Assembly (NCBI GenBank): GCA_964393435.1
Contig: CAYMTP010000001.1
Location: 247-64,246, forward strand
Reading direction: 5' to 3'
DNA from: an uncultured Lachnobacterium sp.
GTDB taxonomy: Bacteria; Bacillota; Clostridia; Lachnospirales; Lachnospiraceae
DNA: 64,000 nucleotides
Position 1 is the stretch's first letter. Each line of letters begins with the position of its first letter. The notes under the pieces were generated by a model. The model had not been told where the DNA came from. It did not search any database and saw only the letters and a list, made by a program, of their open reading frames with translations. The position numbers and the translations under genes were made by a program. Shown here piece after piece: positions 11,709 to 22,582 of this stretch.

Positions 11709-12557
11709 TTATTCTAGCTCCTGAAACTGCAATTTAACCAACTCTTCATTCGGTTCCACCCCAAAATATTTCTCAATTACCTCCATCACATCTTGTGCAC
11801 TTAACGGTTTTTCTGGTGTCTCAAATGTCATAATCAAATTCACATTAGGAATAATTCCATGCAATGAATACAATTGTATTTTGAAACAGGTTTTTCTAAC
11901 ATAATCTTCATCTGTCATTTTTCCAAAATGCTCCCAATAATAAATTTCACCTGTCTTTGGATGTTTTATTGTAAAGTCTGGAAATATTTTTTTCTTTCCC
12001 AGCTTTAATGCACATTCATATCTAAATGGAATTTTATTAATAAATAGTAATGTATCGATAATTATTTCTGATTTTGAACGTACTACATTACCTGATATGG
12101 ATTTTAATATTAAATTTTCATTATATTGTGAATTTTGTTCGAAAGGTTCCTGCAACCACTCCTGCATCACCTTAGATTTTGTTTTGAAATATGGAGAAAG
12201 TAGATCTCTATATTCAGATTTGTTAGTTAGGAGATTTTCTGCTTTACCAACAGTTTCGCGATGATGTTTTAAATAATATTCAATCGCACGTTTTTCATTT
12301 ACGAAATCTTCTAACAGATAAGATAAATACTTTTTTATTGCCAGCTTTTCTATTAATTTTCTATTTTTCTGTGGAATGTATTTCTTAATATGTCCATCAC
12401 TTTGATACCATTGATTATATTTCCCATTTTGTATATGTATCAGTTTTCCTTCTGGTAATTTTTCAATTTCCTGCCTAAATCTCTTTATATACCGATCTAG
12501 GCGTTGGCTCTCTTTTAACATTTTTTGATAAATAGTATCTCCTCCTTTGTTGCTCAT
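11709..12557 (-). CDS. Putative PD-(D/E)XK / DUF559-like nuclease with N-terminal coiled-coil; start uncertain (12557, 12533 or 12521)
   Basis: C-terminal VRSKSE...IPFRYE...FPDFTI...YWEHFG motif series; visibly more AT-rich than its neighbours. Confidence 0.6.
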   Translation of the reverse strand: MSNKGGDTIYQKMLKESQRLDRYIKRFRQEIEKLPEGKLIHIQNGKYNQWYQSDGHIKKYIPQKNRKLIEKLAIKKYLSYLLEDFVNEKRAIEYYLKHHRETVGKAENLLTNKSEYRDLLSPYFKTKSKVMQEWLQEPFEQNSQYNENLILKSISGNVVRSKSEIIIDTLLFINKIPFRYECALKLGKKKIFPDFTIKHPKTGEIYYWEHFGKMTDEDYVRKTCFKIQLYSLHGIIPNVNLIMTFETPEKPLSAQDVMEVIEKYFGVEPNEELVKLQFQELE

Positions 12558-12576
12558 GTAATATAAAGCTAATTTT

Positions 12577-12797
12577 TTGTGTCTATGCAGAAAAATTTTG
12601 TCATGAGACACAAAATCACGCACATTTTGTGTCTATACGGGAAAAACCAACCTCCAGACACAAATTTATTCTCTTTTCTCCCAAAAACCTCCCTTTTTTA
12701 TTCATTTATGTTTAAAAATTGTGTCTCACGAAACAATTTTTATCTATAGACACAATTGCCTTGTGTCCCAACAAGATGTTTCTTTGTATAGACACAA
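12577..12797. repeat. Array of four 37-bp palindromic units TTGTGTCY-N21-AGACACAA
   Basis: Units at 12577-12613, 12627-12663, 12719-12755 and 12761-12797, each with exactly 21 nt between the 8-bp arms. Confidence 0.9.
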
Positions 12798-12867
12798 ACA
12801 TTTCATTTGATAACAAATCATCCTCTCTGATGATAATACTCTGCATCCCAGCAACAAAAAACCGAAC

Positions 12868-12895
12868 ACAGGCACATGCCACACATGTGCCTGTC
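12868..12895 (-). terminator. Probable terminator of clpB
   Basis: ACAGGCACATG/CATGTGCCTGT stem followed by a T-rich tract on the minus strand. Confidence 0.6.
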
Positions 12896-12930
12896 AGCAA
12901 TTATTTCACTTACAAATAGATAATTCTCAA

Positions 12931-15522
12931 TCATCCTCTTTTCGCACTCGCTACCAACTGTCCCTCTTCCACATCGATATAGATGACATCCCCCATCTGT
13001 ACTTCATCCGCTAAGATAAGTTTTGCAGAAAGGGTCTCTACATGTTTCTGTAAGAAACGTTTCAGTGGTCTTGCACCATATACTGGGTCATATCCATGCT
13101 CTACAATAAATGCTGTTGCCGCATCCGATAATTCCACCGACAATTCTCTATCTTTCAATCGGCTGTTTAAATCGGCCATCATAAGTGCAATAATGTTTCC
13201 AATATTATCTTTTGTTAACGGCTTGAACATGATAATTTCGTCCAAACGATTCAAAAACTCTGGACGGAAATGTCCACGTACTACATTCATCACTGCCTCT
13301 TCTGCCAACGGAGAAATATTTCCATCATCGTTGATACCATCCAAAAGCTGGGCGGAACCAAGGTTACTTGTCATAATAATAATGGTATTTTTGAAGTCCA
13401 CCGTACGTCCCTGAGAGTCGGTAATACGACCGTCATCCAGCACCTGAAGCAATACGTTAAATACATCTGGATGTGCCTTTTCTACTTCATCAAAAAGCAC
13501 TACCGAATATGGTTTGCGACGAACCGCTTCTGTGAGCTGACCACCTTCATCATACCCCACATATCCTGGAGGTGCTCCGATAAGGCGAGATACGGAATAT
13601 TTCTCCATGTATTCGCTCATATCCAGACGCACCATATTGGATTCGTCATCAAAAAGGCTAGCCGCCAAGGCTTTCGCAAGCTCTGTCTTACCTACACCTG
13701 TTGGTCCCAAGAAAAGAAAGGAACCGATTGGTTTCGTTGGGTCTTTGATACCTGCTTTGGAGCGGATGATTGCTTCTGTCACCATGGTTACACCGTCATC
13801 CTGTCCAATAACACGTTTGTGGAGTTCATCGTCCAAATGCAAGGTTTTGTTACGTTCGCTTTCTGTCAATTTCGCTACAGGGATTCCTGTCCAGCGGGAA
13901 ATAATGCGTGCGATTTCTTCCTCAGTTACCTTTTCTCTTACCAAAGAAAGGTCCCGATTCTTCAAAATCTCTTCCTCTGCTTCTAACTGTTTTTCCATCT
14001 GAGGAAGCACACCATACTGAAGCTCTGCTGCCTTTTCCAAATCATAATTCTGCTGGGCAATCTTGATTTCATTTCTCGTATTTTCAATAGATTCACGAAG
14101 CTTGCTGACTTTATCTACTGCATCCTTTTCGTTGGTCCATTTTGCTTTTTTGCCGTTTAATTCATCACGAAGCTCTGCTAACTCTTTCTGCAAGTTGGCA
14201 AGACGTTCCTGACTGAGACGATCGGTCTCTTTCTTGAGTGCAGTCTCTTCGATTTCCATCTGCATCACACGACGATTTAATTCATCCAGTTCGGTTGGCA
14301 TGGAATCCAATTCCGTCTTAATCAATGCACAGGCTTCGTCCACCAGATCAATGGCCTTATCCGGCAGGAATCGGTCCGAAATGTATCGGTTTGATAACGT
14401 CGCTGCAGACACCAAAGCGGAGTCTGTAATTTTTACCCCATGGTAAACCTCGTATCTGTCCTTTAACCCACGAAGAATCGAAATGGTATCCTCTACCGTA
14501 GGCTCATCCACCATAACTGGCTGGAAACGACGTTCCAAAGCCGCATCTTTTTCGATGTATTCGCGATACTCATCCAAAGTAGTCGCACCAACACAGTGCA
14601 GTTCGCCACGGGCAAGCATAGGTTTTAAAAGCTGACCTGCATCCATAGCACCATCTGTTTTGCCTGCACCTACAATGGTATGAAGCTCATCGATGAACAA
14701 AATAATCTGTCCTTCGGAAGCCTTCACTTCGTCCAATACGGCTTTAAGTCTCTCCTCAAATTCACCTCGATATTTCGCACCAGCAATAAGCGCACCCATA
14801 TCTAAAGCAAAAAGTCTTTTATCTTTGAGACCTTCTGGCACATCACCACGCACGATACGCTGTGCTAAGCCTTCTACTACGGCAGTTTTACCAACACCAG
14901 GTTCACCGATTAATACCGGATTATTCTTTGTCTTTCTCGATAAAATACGTACCACATTGCGAATCTCTGCATCACGACCGATAACAGGATCCAGCTTCTG
15001 TTGACGTGCACGTTCTACCATGTCGTATCCATATTTTTCCAACGTATCATAAGTAGCTTCTGGATTGTCGGAAGTCACACGCTGATTACCACGAACCGTA
15101 GCCAAAGCCTGTAAGAATCTGTCTTTGGTAAGACCATATTCCTTGATGAGTTCCTTCATCGCCTTGTTCGGATACTTCAATAAGGAAAGGAATAAATGCT
15201 CTACTGACACATATTCATCTCCCATGTTTTTTGCTTCATCCTCTGCGTGAATCAGCACATTATTCAAATCTTTTCCAATGTAAATCTGACCTGCTCCAGA
15301 CACCTTTACACGGGCATTCAGTTTTCGAAGCGCATTTTCCGTGAAATGTTCGCGATTAATTTCCATTTTCTCTATCAATTTGCCAATCAGGCCATCTTCC
15401 TGTATTAAGAGAGCAACTAAAAGATGTTCCTGTTCAATCTCCTGGTTACCGTATTCATACGCTAACTTTTCACAAGCATTGATAGCTTCAATAGATTTCT
15501 GTGTAAATTTTTGAATGTTCAT
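12931..15522 (-). CDS. clpB: ATP-dependent chaperone ClpB
   Basis: Two AAA modules ([16 protein letters not shown]), a long middle coiled-coil, [12 protein letters not shown]; 863 aa. Confidence 0.97.
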   Translation of the reverse strand: MNIQKFTQKSIEAINACEKLAYEYGNQEIEQEHLLVALLIQEDGLIGKLIEKMEINREHFTENALRKLNARVKVSGAGQIYIGKDLNNVLIHAEDEAKNMGDEYVSVEHLFLSLLKYPNKAMKELIKEYGLTKDRFLQALATVRGNQRVTSDNPEATYDTLEKYGYDMVERARQQKLDPVIGRDAEIRNVVRILSRKTKNNPVLIGEPGVGKTAVVEGLAQRIVRGDVPEGLKDKRLFALDMGALIAGAKYRGEFEERLKAVLDEVKASEGQIILFIDELHTIVGAGKTDGAMDAGQLLKPMLARGELHCVGATTLDEYREYIEKDAALERRFQPVMVDEPTVEDTISILRGLKDRYEVYHGVKITDSALVSAATLSNRYISDRFLPDKAIDLVDEACALIKTELDSMPTELDELNRRVMQMEIEETALKKETDRLSQERLANLQKELAELRDELNGKKAKWTNEKDAVDKVSKLRESIENTRNEIKIAQQNYDLEKAAELQYGVLPQMEKQLEAEEEILKNRDLSLVREKVTEEEIARIISRWTGIPVAKLTESERNKTLHLDDELHKRVIGQDDGVTMVTEAIIRSKAGIKDPTKPIGSFLFLGPTGVGKTELAKALAASLFDDESNMVRLDMSEYMEKYSVSRLIGAPPGYVGYDEGGQLTEAVRRKPYSVVLFDEVEKAHPDVFNVLLQVLDDGRITDSQGRTVDFKNTIIIMTSNLGSAQLLDGINDDGNISPLAEEAVMNVVRGHFRPEFLNRLDEIIMFKPLTKDNIGNIIALMMADLNSRLKDRELSVELSDAATAFIVEHGYDPVYGARPLKRFLQKHVETLSAKLILADEVQMGDVIYIDVEEGQLVASAKRG

Positions 15523-15574
15523 TTAGCGTACCTCCTTTTGCTAATTAGAGTTTCCATTTATCTCTACAATATGA

Positions 15575-15617
15575 GTTATAACACTCGTTGTTAGCACTGT
15601 CAAGAGGTGAGTGCTAA
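15575..15617 (-). promoter_or_regulatory. CIRCE element (HrcA operator) overlapping the clpB sigma-A promoter
   Basis: TTAGCACTG-N9-GAGTGCTAA at 15591-15617 (one mismatch to consensus); minus strand TTGACA(15603-15598)-17-TATAAC(15580-15575). Confidence 0.92.
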
Positions 15618-15687
15618 TTCTATTTCTTAAATATTTCTAAACAAAATAGCCAGCCTAAATAGACTGACTATCTCTCGTTTCTTTATT

Positions 15688-16686
15688 TTATTTCCAAATT
15701 ATCTCCGTGCTTTTCTTCCCTAAGCCAATTTCACTCACTTTGTAAAAGCTTTCTACATAAGTTGTTTCAGCTTCTGGATTATACATTTCTCTTGTAATTT
15801 CACCATCGCTCCATTTCGTTTCTACCACAATACAAGCAGTTCCCTCTACTGTTTCCACTTGAGCTGGAACTTCTCCAATCGCATATGCCTCTTTATGCAG
15901 AACATTTAAATCCTCATCCATGTAATGCAGTGAAATCTGTGCAGGTGCTGCCTGTAACATATGAACAGTTACTTCTACACCACCACCATATGTCTGACTT
16001 TCTCCATTTTCTGTCATAGTTGCTTCTTCGTCCAGTGTAACTGTAAATTCACCGCCAATGTCTCCGCTTACAAAATGTCCCATTCCAGAGGTTACGTAAT
16101 ACGCTCCATCTTCAGTTACATACACTGGATTGAAATAAAAACCGGCATTCTCTACATTCTCTTGCACTATCGTATACATGGTTCCTGTTAATTTTACGGT
16201 TTCACCCTCATCTGTAACATTCAAATGCTGTGTCACCTCACAAATCTCATCCCCCATCATAAGCATACTAAAAGGCTCCTCATCTTCTTCCTTCCACTCA
16301 GAATAGAAAAAGCAAATTCCTTCTACGCCATCAAACCGAATCTCCCAATCAAACGGCTCTGTGCTACCATGCTTATCCACTACGCCATAAAGTCTGTCAT
16401 GATATTTGGAATCATTTTCTACCGTTATATTTCCGCCATTCACAAGCTCATCTATATTGTCATTTAAATAAGCATCCATATCAAACAAGTCCAAATATTC
16501 CGTAGTAATAAATGCTCCCACTAGACGATCTGCATTTCCCTTTGCATTCTCTGCTGTTTCGCCTCCTGCATCCACCTTTGCTAGAGAGCAGCCGCTAAGC
16601 ACTCCAACCATTATAGAAATTACTGCTGATAAAATACCTACTTTGTGCAGTTTTTTACTCCACATCTGTATCCTGTTCTTATTCAT
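15688..16686 (-). CDS. Hypothetical lipoprotein
   Basis: Basic N-terminus, hydrophobic stretch and LSGC lipobox; acidic mature part; overlaps the end of the HTH gene. Confidence 0.7.
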   Translation of the reverse strand: MNKNRIQMWSKKLHKVGILSAVISIMVGVLSGCSLAKVDAGGETAENAKGNADRLVGAFITTEYLDLFDMDAYLNDNIDELVNGGNITVENDSKYHDRLYGVVDKHGSTEPFDWEIRFDGVEGICFFYSEWKEEDEEPFSMLMMGDEICEVTQHLNVTDEGETVKLTGTMYTIVQENVENAGFYFNPVYVTEDGAYYVTSGMGHFVSGDIGGEFTVTLDEEATMTENGESQTYGGGVEVTVHMLQAAPAQISLHYMDEDLNVLHKEAYAIGEVPAQVETVEGTACIVVETKWSDGEITREMYNPEAETTYVESFYKVSEIGLGKKSTEIIWK

Positions 16687-16909
16687 CTTCTTCCTCCTCG
16701 CCTAATTCTCCATCAAACTTTAGAATATCTCCCACATCGCATTGCAGGTAATAACAAATTCTATTTATGGTATGAAATCGCACACCCTTTGCTTTTCCGC
16801 TTCGCAGTACCGATAGATTTGCCTCTGTAATATCCACCAGCTTGCAAAGTTCCTTGGAAGTCATACCACGTGCCTTAAGCACATCTTCTAAACAAACGCG
16901 AATTCCCAT
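16679..16909 (-). CDS. Cro/XRE (YozG-like) HTH regulator
   Basis: 76 aa; ITEANLSVLRSGKAKGVRF-T...IC-YLQC-VGDIL. Confidence 0.9.
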   Translation of the reverse strand: MGIRVCLEDVLKARGMTSKELCKLVDITEANLSVLRSGKAKGVRFHTINRICYYLQCDVGDILKFDGELGEEEEDE

Positions 16910-16918
16910 TTTTCACCT

Positions 16919-17803
16919 CTAAATAAATAAGCTGTTATCTTCCTTTAACTTCTGATTTTCCTCAATGTATCTAGCCATAATATGAATCACCAGCATAAAT
17001 ACAATTGCAAATACAGGTATATTCACCGAAATATGCATGTAATACAACTGACTGCTGAGCAGTATCTGTGCCAAATTACACATCATGCCTGACACTACAA
17101 CTACCACCAATGATTTCTTACAAAAAACTGTGATTTTCTTTACCATTTCAACTGCTTTTTCTGACTCAGAATTTTGCAAGAGCTCATCCAATGTCTTGAT
17201 ACAAAAGAATATCACCACAGCACAAAGACCATTTGGCAAAGCATTTACTGCACTTTGAAAAACTAAAATTACATATGTCATAGTCAAATCTGGTGCTTCG
17301 AAAAAGAATGTATCACTTACACTATTTCCTTCCCGTACACTTTGGATTGCAGCTGGCAGATTCACGGCACATTCTGCAACCACGGACCACGCAAATAGTA
17401 TCATTACAAAAACCAACACAATGCGAAGTGACTTTTGTAACGATTCCAAATCTGTAGTTTGCTTTTTTAAGCTAAAGCGTAAAACCAAATATCCAACCAA
17501 CACAGAATAAAATGTTCCGCCCATAAGAATCTTACCGCTTCCTAACATAGACACGGCCAAAAGTCCTGGATTAATCATGTAATATAAAACCACCAGTAAC
17601 ATTACACTTAATAGCAGAAGCAGATAATCTACTTTGCAGTCTTTTTTCTTGCTTCTCAACCAAAAAAATATTCCACAAGGAATAGCACCTATCCCCAAAT
17701 AAATAATAATGGCAAATACATTTCCTACTGCTCCTGATAAAGATAATTGACGTAACCCCCAGCCAATCTGTTCTAATGGAAACGACATGATATCAAATCC
17801 CAT
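16919..17803 (-). CDS. Multi-pass membrane protein (DUF2975-like)
   Basis: Several TM segments, C-terminal KLKEDNSLFI, and position directly before a YozG-like HTH gene. Confidence 0.65.
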   Translation of the reverse strand: MGFDIMSFPLEQIGWGLRQLSLSGAVGNVFAIIIYLGIGAIPCGIFFWLRSKKKDCKVDYLLLLLSVMLLVVLYYMINPGLLAVSMLGSGKILMGGTFYSVLVGYLVLRFSLKKQTTDLESLQKSLRIVLVFVMILFAWSVVAECAVNLPAAIQSVREGNSVSDTFFFEAPDLTMTYVILVFQSAVNALPNGLCAVVIFFCIKTLDELLQNSESEKAVEMVKKITVFCKKSLVVVVVSGMMCNLAQILLSSQLYYMHISVNIPVFAIVFMLVIHIMARYIEENQKLKEDNSLFI

Positions 17804-17822
17804 AAGCCACCTCCTGCGTTAA

Positions 17823-17887
17823 AATTATCGTTTTCCGATAATTCTTTTTTCTTTATCATACCACAAAATTATCGTTTGTCAATAATT
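17823..17887 (-). promoter_or_regulatory. Two 21-bp operators AATTATCG-N5-C(G/A)ATAATT overlapping a sigma-A promoter
   Basis: Palindromes at 17823-17843 and 17867-17887; minus strand TTGACA(17882-17877)-16-TATGAT(17860-17855). Confidence 0.7.
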
Positions 17888-17921
17888 TCCATCCAATAAC
17901 ACACATGGTTTTAAAAACCAC

Positions 17922-17950
17922 TTGACAAAGTACACTAAAACTTCTACAAT
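17922..17950 (+). promoter_or_regulatory. Sigma-A promoter of the DegV gene
   Basis: TTGACA-17 nt-TACAAT. Confidence 0.7.
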
Positions 17951-17980
17951 AGCTTCAAATGACAATAAAATGAGGAGATT

Positions 17981-18817
17981 ATGACTATGAAAATCAGAAT
18001 TGTTGCCGACTCTAGCGCAAATTTATGTACTACCCCAGACAACAGTATTGTGTCTGTACCACTCACTCTTAGAACTGATGAAAGAGAATTTGTGGATAAC
18101 GAATCCTTAGATATAAAAGAAATGACCGATTACCTTGCTTCTTATAAAGGAAAATCTGGTTCTGCATGCCCATCTTCACAGGATTGGATAGATGCTTTTG
18201 GCGATGCAGAAAATGTATTTGCAATTGCAATCACCAGTAATTTATCTGGTTCTTTCAACTCTTTACGAATTGCAAAAGAACAGTATGAAGAAGAATATCC
18301 AGACCGCAAGGTTTGTATCATTGACTCCCTCTCTGCTGGTTCTGAACTTAAGCTTATCGTAGAAAAAATTCAGGAACTCAACGCAGAAGGTAAATCCTTT
18401 GAAGAAATGTGTGATGCAATCTATGAATACCAGAAACATACACATCTTATTTTCTGTTTGAAATCACTCACAAACTTAGCAAACAATGGACGAGTGAATC
18501 CAGCCGTTGCTAAGATTGCAGGTGTATTAAACATTCTTGTAGTAGGTATTGCCAGCGATGTTGGAACTCTTGAACAGAAAGAAAAAGCTCGTGGCGAAAA
18601 GAAGGCTATGGTAGCTATTCAGAAAATCATGAAAGAATTAAACTACAATGGTGGAAAAGTAATCATCGACCACTGTTTCAACGAAGCGGATGCTCTTAAA
18701 TTAAAAGAATTAATCCTCGCAGCTTATCCATCTGCTGATGTAAAAATTGCTGAAACAAGAGGTCTTTGCAGCTTCTATGCAGAAGTTGGCGGACTTATGA
18801 TTGGCTTTGAAGGATAA
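17981..18817 (+). CDS. DegV family fatty-acid-binding protein
   Basis: IVADSSA, SACPS, ITSNLSGS, IDSLS, L-NL-NNGRV. Confidence 0.9.
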   Translation: MTMKIRIVADSSANLCTTPDNSIVSVPLTLRTDEREFVDNESLDIKEMTDYLASYKGKSGSACPSSQDWIDAFGDAENVFAIAITSNLSGSFNSLRIAKEQYEEEYPDRKVCIIDSLSAGSELKLIVEKIQELNAEGKSFEEMCDAIYEYQKHTHLIFCLKSLTNLANNGRVNPAVAKIAGVLNILVVGIASDVGTLEQKEKARGEKKAMVAIQKIMKELNYNGGKVIIDHCFNEADALKLKELILAAYPSADVKIAETRGLCSFYAEVGGLMIGFEG

Positions 18818-18884
18818 CGATTTATATAGTATAATTTTATCATTATTAATTTTTTGTAAGCAGAAAATCCCAAAACATTACTAT

Positions 18885-21800
18885 TTAATTCTGTTTGCAG
18901 CCACGAAATAATTCATAAAATTTGTACAATTCATTCATAACATGGCCATAGATATTCGTATAATCCTTCACTGCTCTAATATCTTTTATAGTGAAAATCC
19001 ATATTTCTTCATTCATTCTATCCTTAGAAAGTGTGTTATGAAGCAGATTCCGATAATTCTCATTGGTTCGCCAGATAGAAGTGTCTTCTAATCCTCCCTG
19101 ACTAGAAGGAATCAAATTTCCCGTATCGTCTGCAAAGAATTGGCTACTAATGAATCGCACATAAGATTTTCTCGAACTTTCTTTCATCGAAATATCGACA
19201 ACTGTAACCGTAATCGCTTTGTTAATGGTATTTCCAAAGCGATCGGTTGCCTGATAGATAATCTCGACTTCCTTATCCTCTGTCATCTCTGTAAAGATTA
19301 AAGCGTTGTAATCTTTTACTATTAGGTCTATTCCATTTACCAGTGTCCCATCTTCTAAGTCGGTTCCACTTACCTTCTTTAGAAGCTCTGTTTCTGTAAT
19401 TTCACCATTCTTCGCCTGTTCCAAAGTAAAGTACCGATCATATGCTTCTATTTCTGGATACTTATCCCAGGATGCAGTAAGCAACCTATCTGTCTTAAAA
19501 ACCACACTGGTGCCTGCCTGATAACCAGAACCATCCTCCGTTCTCCATTCCACAAAGGCATGACCGCGAAGCTGCGGTGCATTTGCAAGCACGAAGGTCG
19601 GATAGAAACTGTTTCCCGAAGCATTATAAAAACATTCTTTCGTCTGTCCATCGATTACCATGGATGAACCGTTGGTATCATAGCTAATGGTGACTTCCGA
19701 TACATAAAGTGCATACAATAATACACTGTCGCTTGTCGAATAGGTTGCACCAGTTGATATAATCGGCTCCTCTGTTGCACCTGTTTGATCCGTCCAGCCA
19801 ATATTTGTCCAACCTGTCCAGTTGCCTTTTTCTGAAATGAGAAAATCTGCATGTGTTTGATTGTTATAAATGGTATCTGACAAAATTGTAGTGATTACGC
19901 CAGAATCGGTCATTTCTGTGTATTTTACCGTAATCGTCTTTTTGAAAACAGCGTATACCGTAACATTGTCTGTTGACATGGTAAGTGAACCAATCTTCGT
20001 TGTTGCAGTCGGATCTGTATTCCATCCGACAAAAGTATAACCATCCTTACTTGCAGTAACCGTTAAATCTATGCCTGAGCCGAAATCTACCTTGCTTGAA
20101 TCTGTCGTTGCAGATGTTCCGCCATTGGTCCAGTAATCATAGGTAACCGTGTAAGAATTAACCTTCCAAACCGCATATAATGTAATGAAATCATCGTTTG
20201 TAGCAGTTAAATTCTTCGCAGAATCCTTATCCTCGTAAACGACAGAACCACTCTCTGAGGTACTCCAGCCCTTGAACGTGTATCCTTCTCTCGTAAAGGT
20301 ATTCGTTCGAAGCGTGGCGAAAGTACCGTATGTCGCGGAGGTATCCGCCATGGTACCACTGCCGCCATTTGCATGATAGGAAATCGTATAAGCATTTGCT
20401 TTCCAATATGCATAAAGCGTGGTATCAGATGTGAATGTCGTTTTCGTAGAGGTTATAACCCCTGTCGAATTAACATAACAGTTTCCTGTACCCCCTTTTC
20501 CTGTATAGTAGCCCTTAAATGTATATCCTGTTTTCTCCGGACATGTAATACTGGTAATAGTCGTAGTACAGTCCAATGTTGTATAATTTCCTGACCCATA
20601 CTTCTCGTAATAGGCACTCGTACCTGCTGTATCTGCATCCTGGTTATCCAATGTGATTGTGTAAACATTTGCTGTCCACTGAGCATAAACGGTGGTGTTT
20701 CCCAGAATTTTATAAATATCACTACTCGAAATAGTCGTTCCCGAACCATTCGATTGTGTATTCCATCCTTTAAATGTATATCCTGTTCTGACCGGCACTG
20801 GTAATTCCCCATAATATCCGCCATAGGATACCATCTTTGATGCAGTGCTGCAGCTGCCACCATTTGGATCAAAAATAAGAGCATAAACATTTGGTTTGTA
20901 ATAGGCACTGCTTGTCTGCTCCTTTGTAACCACATAGGCTGCATCTATGGTTGAATTATAGAAACCAACTGGGTAATTTTCATCACCAGGATCTAAATAC
21001 TCTGGCGTAAAAGTTTCTCCAGATACTTTCCATTCCGTGGTTGTATCAAACCATACCCATTCATCTGTACACGCATCTAATTTATAATGCTTGACCGTTT
21101 GCAAAAATTCCTCTGGTATTGGGAAATCCGATGGCGTGCTTCCATCACTACTGCCCTCATATAAAACATTGTAATTTCCTGCGTTATCAAACGCAATTAT
21201 TTGGTAACAATACTCTTTATTGCCTACAAAAGATGAAATATCTGTATCTGGCAATACATACTTATAAACCATGGTGTTTACATCGTACTCATAAGCAAGT
21301 GGATATGCTTTGTAAACTGAGGTATCCCCTTTTATCCATACTAAAAAATATACTTCATCATCCGTAATATTTTCCGTCGCGGCATAATCTGGATAATCAT
21401 GATTTTCTACGTCAGCTACATCGATTGTATATACTGCGTATAGGGTAACTGCAGAAGCAGGCATTGACATTGATGTTAATGGCCTTGTTGCATCCGCCGA
21501 AGTCGCCCATCCAACAAAGGTATATCCTTCCTTACTTGCTAAAGGGCTCAAATCCACACTGTCCCCATAATAATATGTTTTAGCTGAACCTGACGTTGTA
21601 CCACCATTTGCATTGTACTTAATTGTATAAGAGTTAGGTATGTATGCAGATGTGAAGGTTACATTTCCAAATAATGAGTTGTAGAATTTCCCATTCGATA
21701 ACCATGTGTCTATCTGTGCTGTTGAATACGTGTTTCCATTCATCCAATTTGGAGTAAGCGAGCTACTTGACGAAATCTTCCACCCGTTTGTATAACCTGT

Positions 21801-22562
21801 TTTTTCGGAAAACGTATAGGATGATAAAGAAATAGACTCTGTTCCTGTGCGGTTAACTGTTGCTGTATTTGTTCCATAATTTACTGTGTAGGTAAACGGA
21901 CTATAACACAGATACATTTGCGGAAACATATTTACAAGTTCAGATATAGTTATGGCATTATCCATCCCCTGTCCATTTTCCAAAGTATCATCTGGGTTCA
22001 AATAGCGGAAGAGCAAAGTTGCATATTTGACAGTAGAACGTGCTTCGCCCGCCCACGACCAATCAACTCCACTAGATACTCCAACTGTGTATGTCTGATT
22101 CGTATGAAGCCATCCTGAATCATATACCATGTTTCCACTTGCATCCCATTCTAAAACGTTCCATACTATCTTCTTGTCATTTGTTGCATCGGACCCACCT
22201 GTCCCTGTGTCAGCTACGCCGCCTGCCAGACTCAGCTTTGTTCCAATACTAACCGTAAATTTTTTCTGATATGCGATTCTGGATGCCGTAGCGGTGGTCA
22301 TGAAATCATATGTGTTTTTAGATATATCCGTAACAAACGAACCATTGGTTGTCATGTTTATTCCATATGTCGTAAAATCCAGCTTGGTAAACCCCGTCCC
22401 CCCTGTTGTTGATTCTGTTTGCAAATTTGCAAACTTGATATAGCCATCTGGTTCAACTCGTGTCAAACCATACGTTACCACAGGAGAAGACAGGGAGTTC
22501 ATAATCATCAGAGCACATAGGAAGGACGTCAAAACACATTTGATTTTCTTTTTTAATTTCAT
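18885..22562 (-). CDS. Secreted InlB B-repeat (Listeria-Bacteroides repeat) adhesin, pilus module B
   Basis: Signal peptide; multiple Y-I-Y-ANGG...GYTF-GW...TLYA-W repeats; C-terminal domain shared with 32574-34133. Confidence 0.85.
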   Translation of the reverse strand: MKLKKKIKCVLTSFLCALMIMNSLSSPVVTYGLTRVEPDGYIKFANLQTESTTGGTGFTKLDFTTYGINMTTNGSFVTDISKNTYDFMTTATASRIAYQKKFTVSIGTKLSLAGGVADTGTGGSDATNDKKIVWNVLEWDASGNMVYDSGWLHTNQTYTVGVSSGVDWSWAGEARSTVKYATLLFRYLNPDDTLENGQGMDNAITISELVNMFPQMYLCYSPFTYTVNYGTNTATVNRTGTESISLSSYTFSEKTGYTNGWKISSSSSLTPNWMNGNTYSTAQIDTWLSNGKFYNSLFGNVTFTSAYIPNSYTIKYNANGGTTSGSAKTYYYGDSVDLSPLASKEGYTFVGWATSADATRPLTSMSMPASAVTLYAVYTIDVADVENHDYPDYAATENITDDEVYFLVWIKGDTSVYKAYPLAYEYDVNTMVYKYVLPDTDISSFVGNKEYCYQIIAFDNAGNYNVLYEGSSDGSTPSDFPIPEEFLQTVKHYKLDACTDEWVWFDTTTEWKVSGETFTPEYLDPGDENYPVGFYNSTIDAAYVVTKEQTSSAYYKPNVYALIFDPNGGSCSTASKMVSYGGYYGELPVPVRTGYTFKGWNTQSNGSGTTISSSDIYKILGNTTVYAQWTANVYTITLDNQDADTAGTSAYYEKYGSGNYTTLDCTTTITSITCPEKTGYTFKGYYTGKGGTGNCYVNSTGVITSTKTTFTSDTTLYAYWKANAYTISYHANGGSGTMADTSATYGTFATLRTNTFTREGYTFKGWSTSESGSVVYEDKDSAKNLTATNDDFITLYAVWKVNSYTVTYDYWTNGGTSATTDSSKVDFGSGIDLTVTASKDGYTFVGWNTDPTATTKIGSLTMSTDNVTVYAVFKKTITVKYTEMTDSGVITTILSDTIYNNQTHADFLISEKGNWTGWTNIGWTDQTGATEEPIISTGATYSTSDSVLLYALYVSEVTISYDTNGSSMVIDGQTKECFYNASGNSFYPTFVLANAPQLRGHAFVEWRTEDGSGYQAGTSVVFKTDRLLTASWDKYPEIEAYDRYFTLEQAKNGEITETELLKKVSGTDLEDGTLVNGIDLIVKDYNALIFTEMTEDKEVEIIYQATDRFGNTINKAITVTVVDISMKESSRKSYVRFISSQFFADDTGNLIPSSQGGLEDTSIWRTNENYRNLLHNTLSKDRMNEEIWIFTIKDIRAVKDYTNIYGHVMNELYKFYELFRGCKQN
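20291..20669. repeat. 379-bp direct repeat, copy in the 1225-aa adhesin
   Basis: Matches 23608-23986 (offset 3317) with no mismatch seen; in frame in both genes. Confidence 0.9.
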
Positions 22563-22582
22563 TTGATTTTTCCTCCTATCCT

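Noticed and set aside
12577..12797. CRISPR or TIGR array interpretation of the 37-bp units
   Set aside because: The constant parts are only 8-bp inverted arms, inter-unit gaps are irregular (13, 55 and 5 nt), orientation flips midway, and no cas or Nop-domain gene was seen.
13270..13986. Long antisense ORFs (238 aa here; also 31559-32329, 48696-49349 and 6933-7475)
   Set aside because: They are shadows on the opposite strand of well-supported genes and have no motifs of their own.
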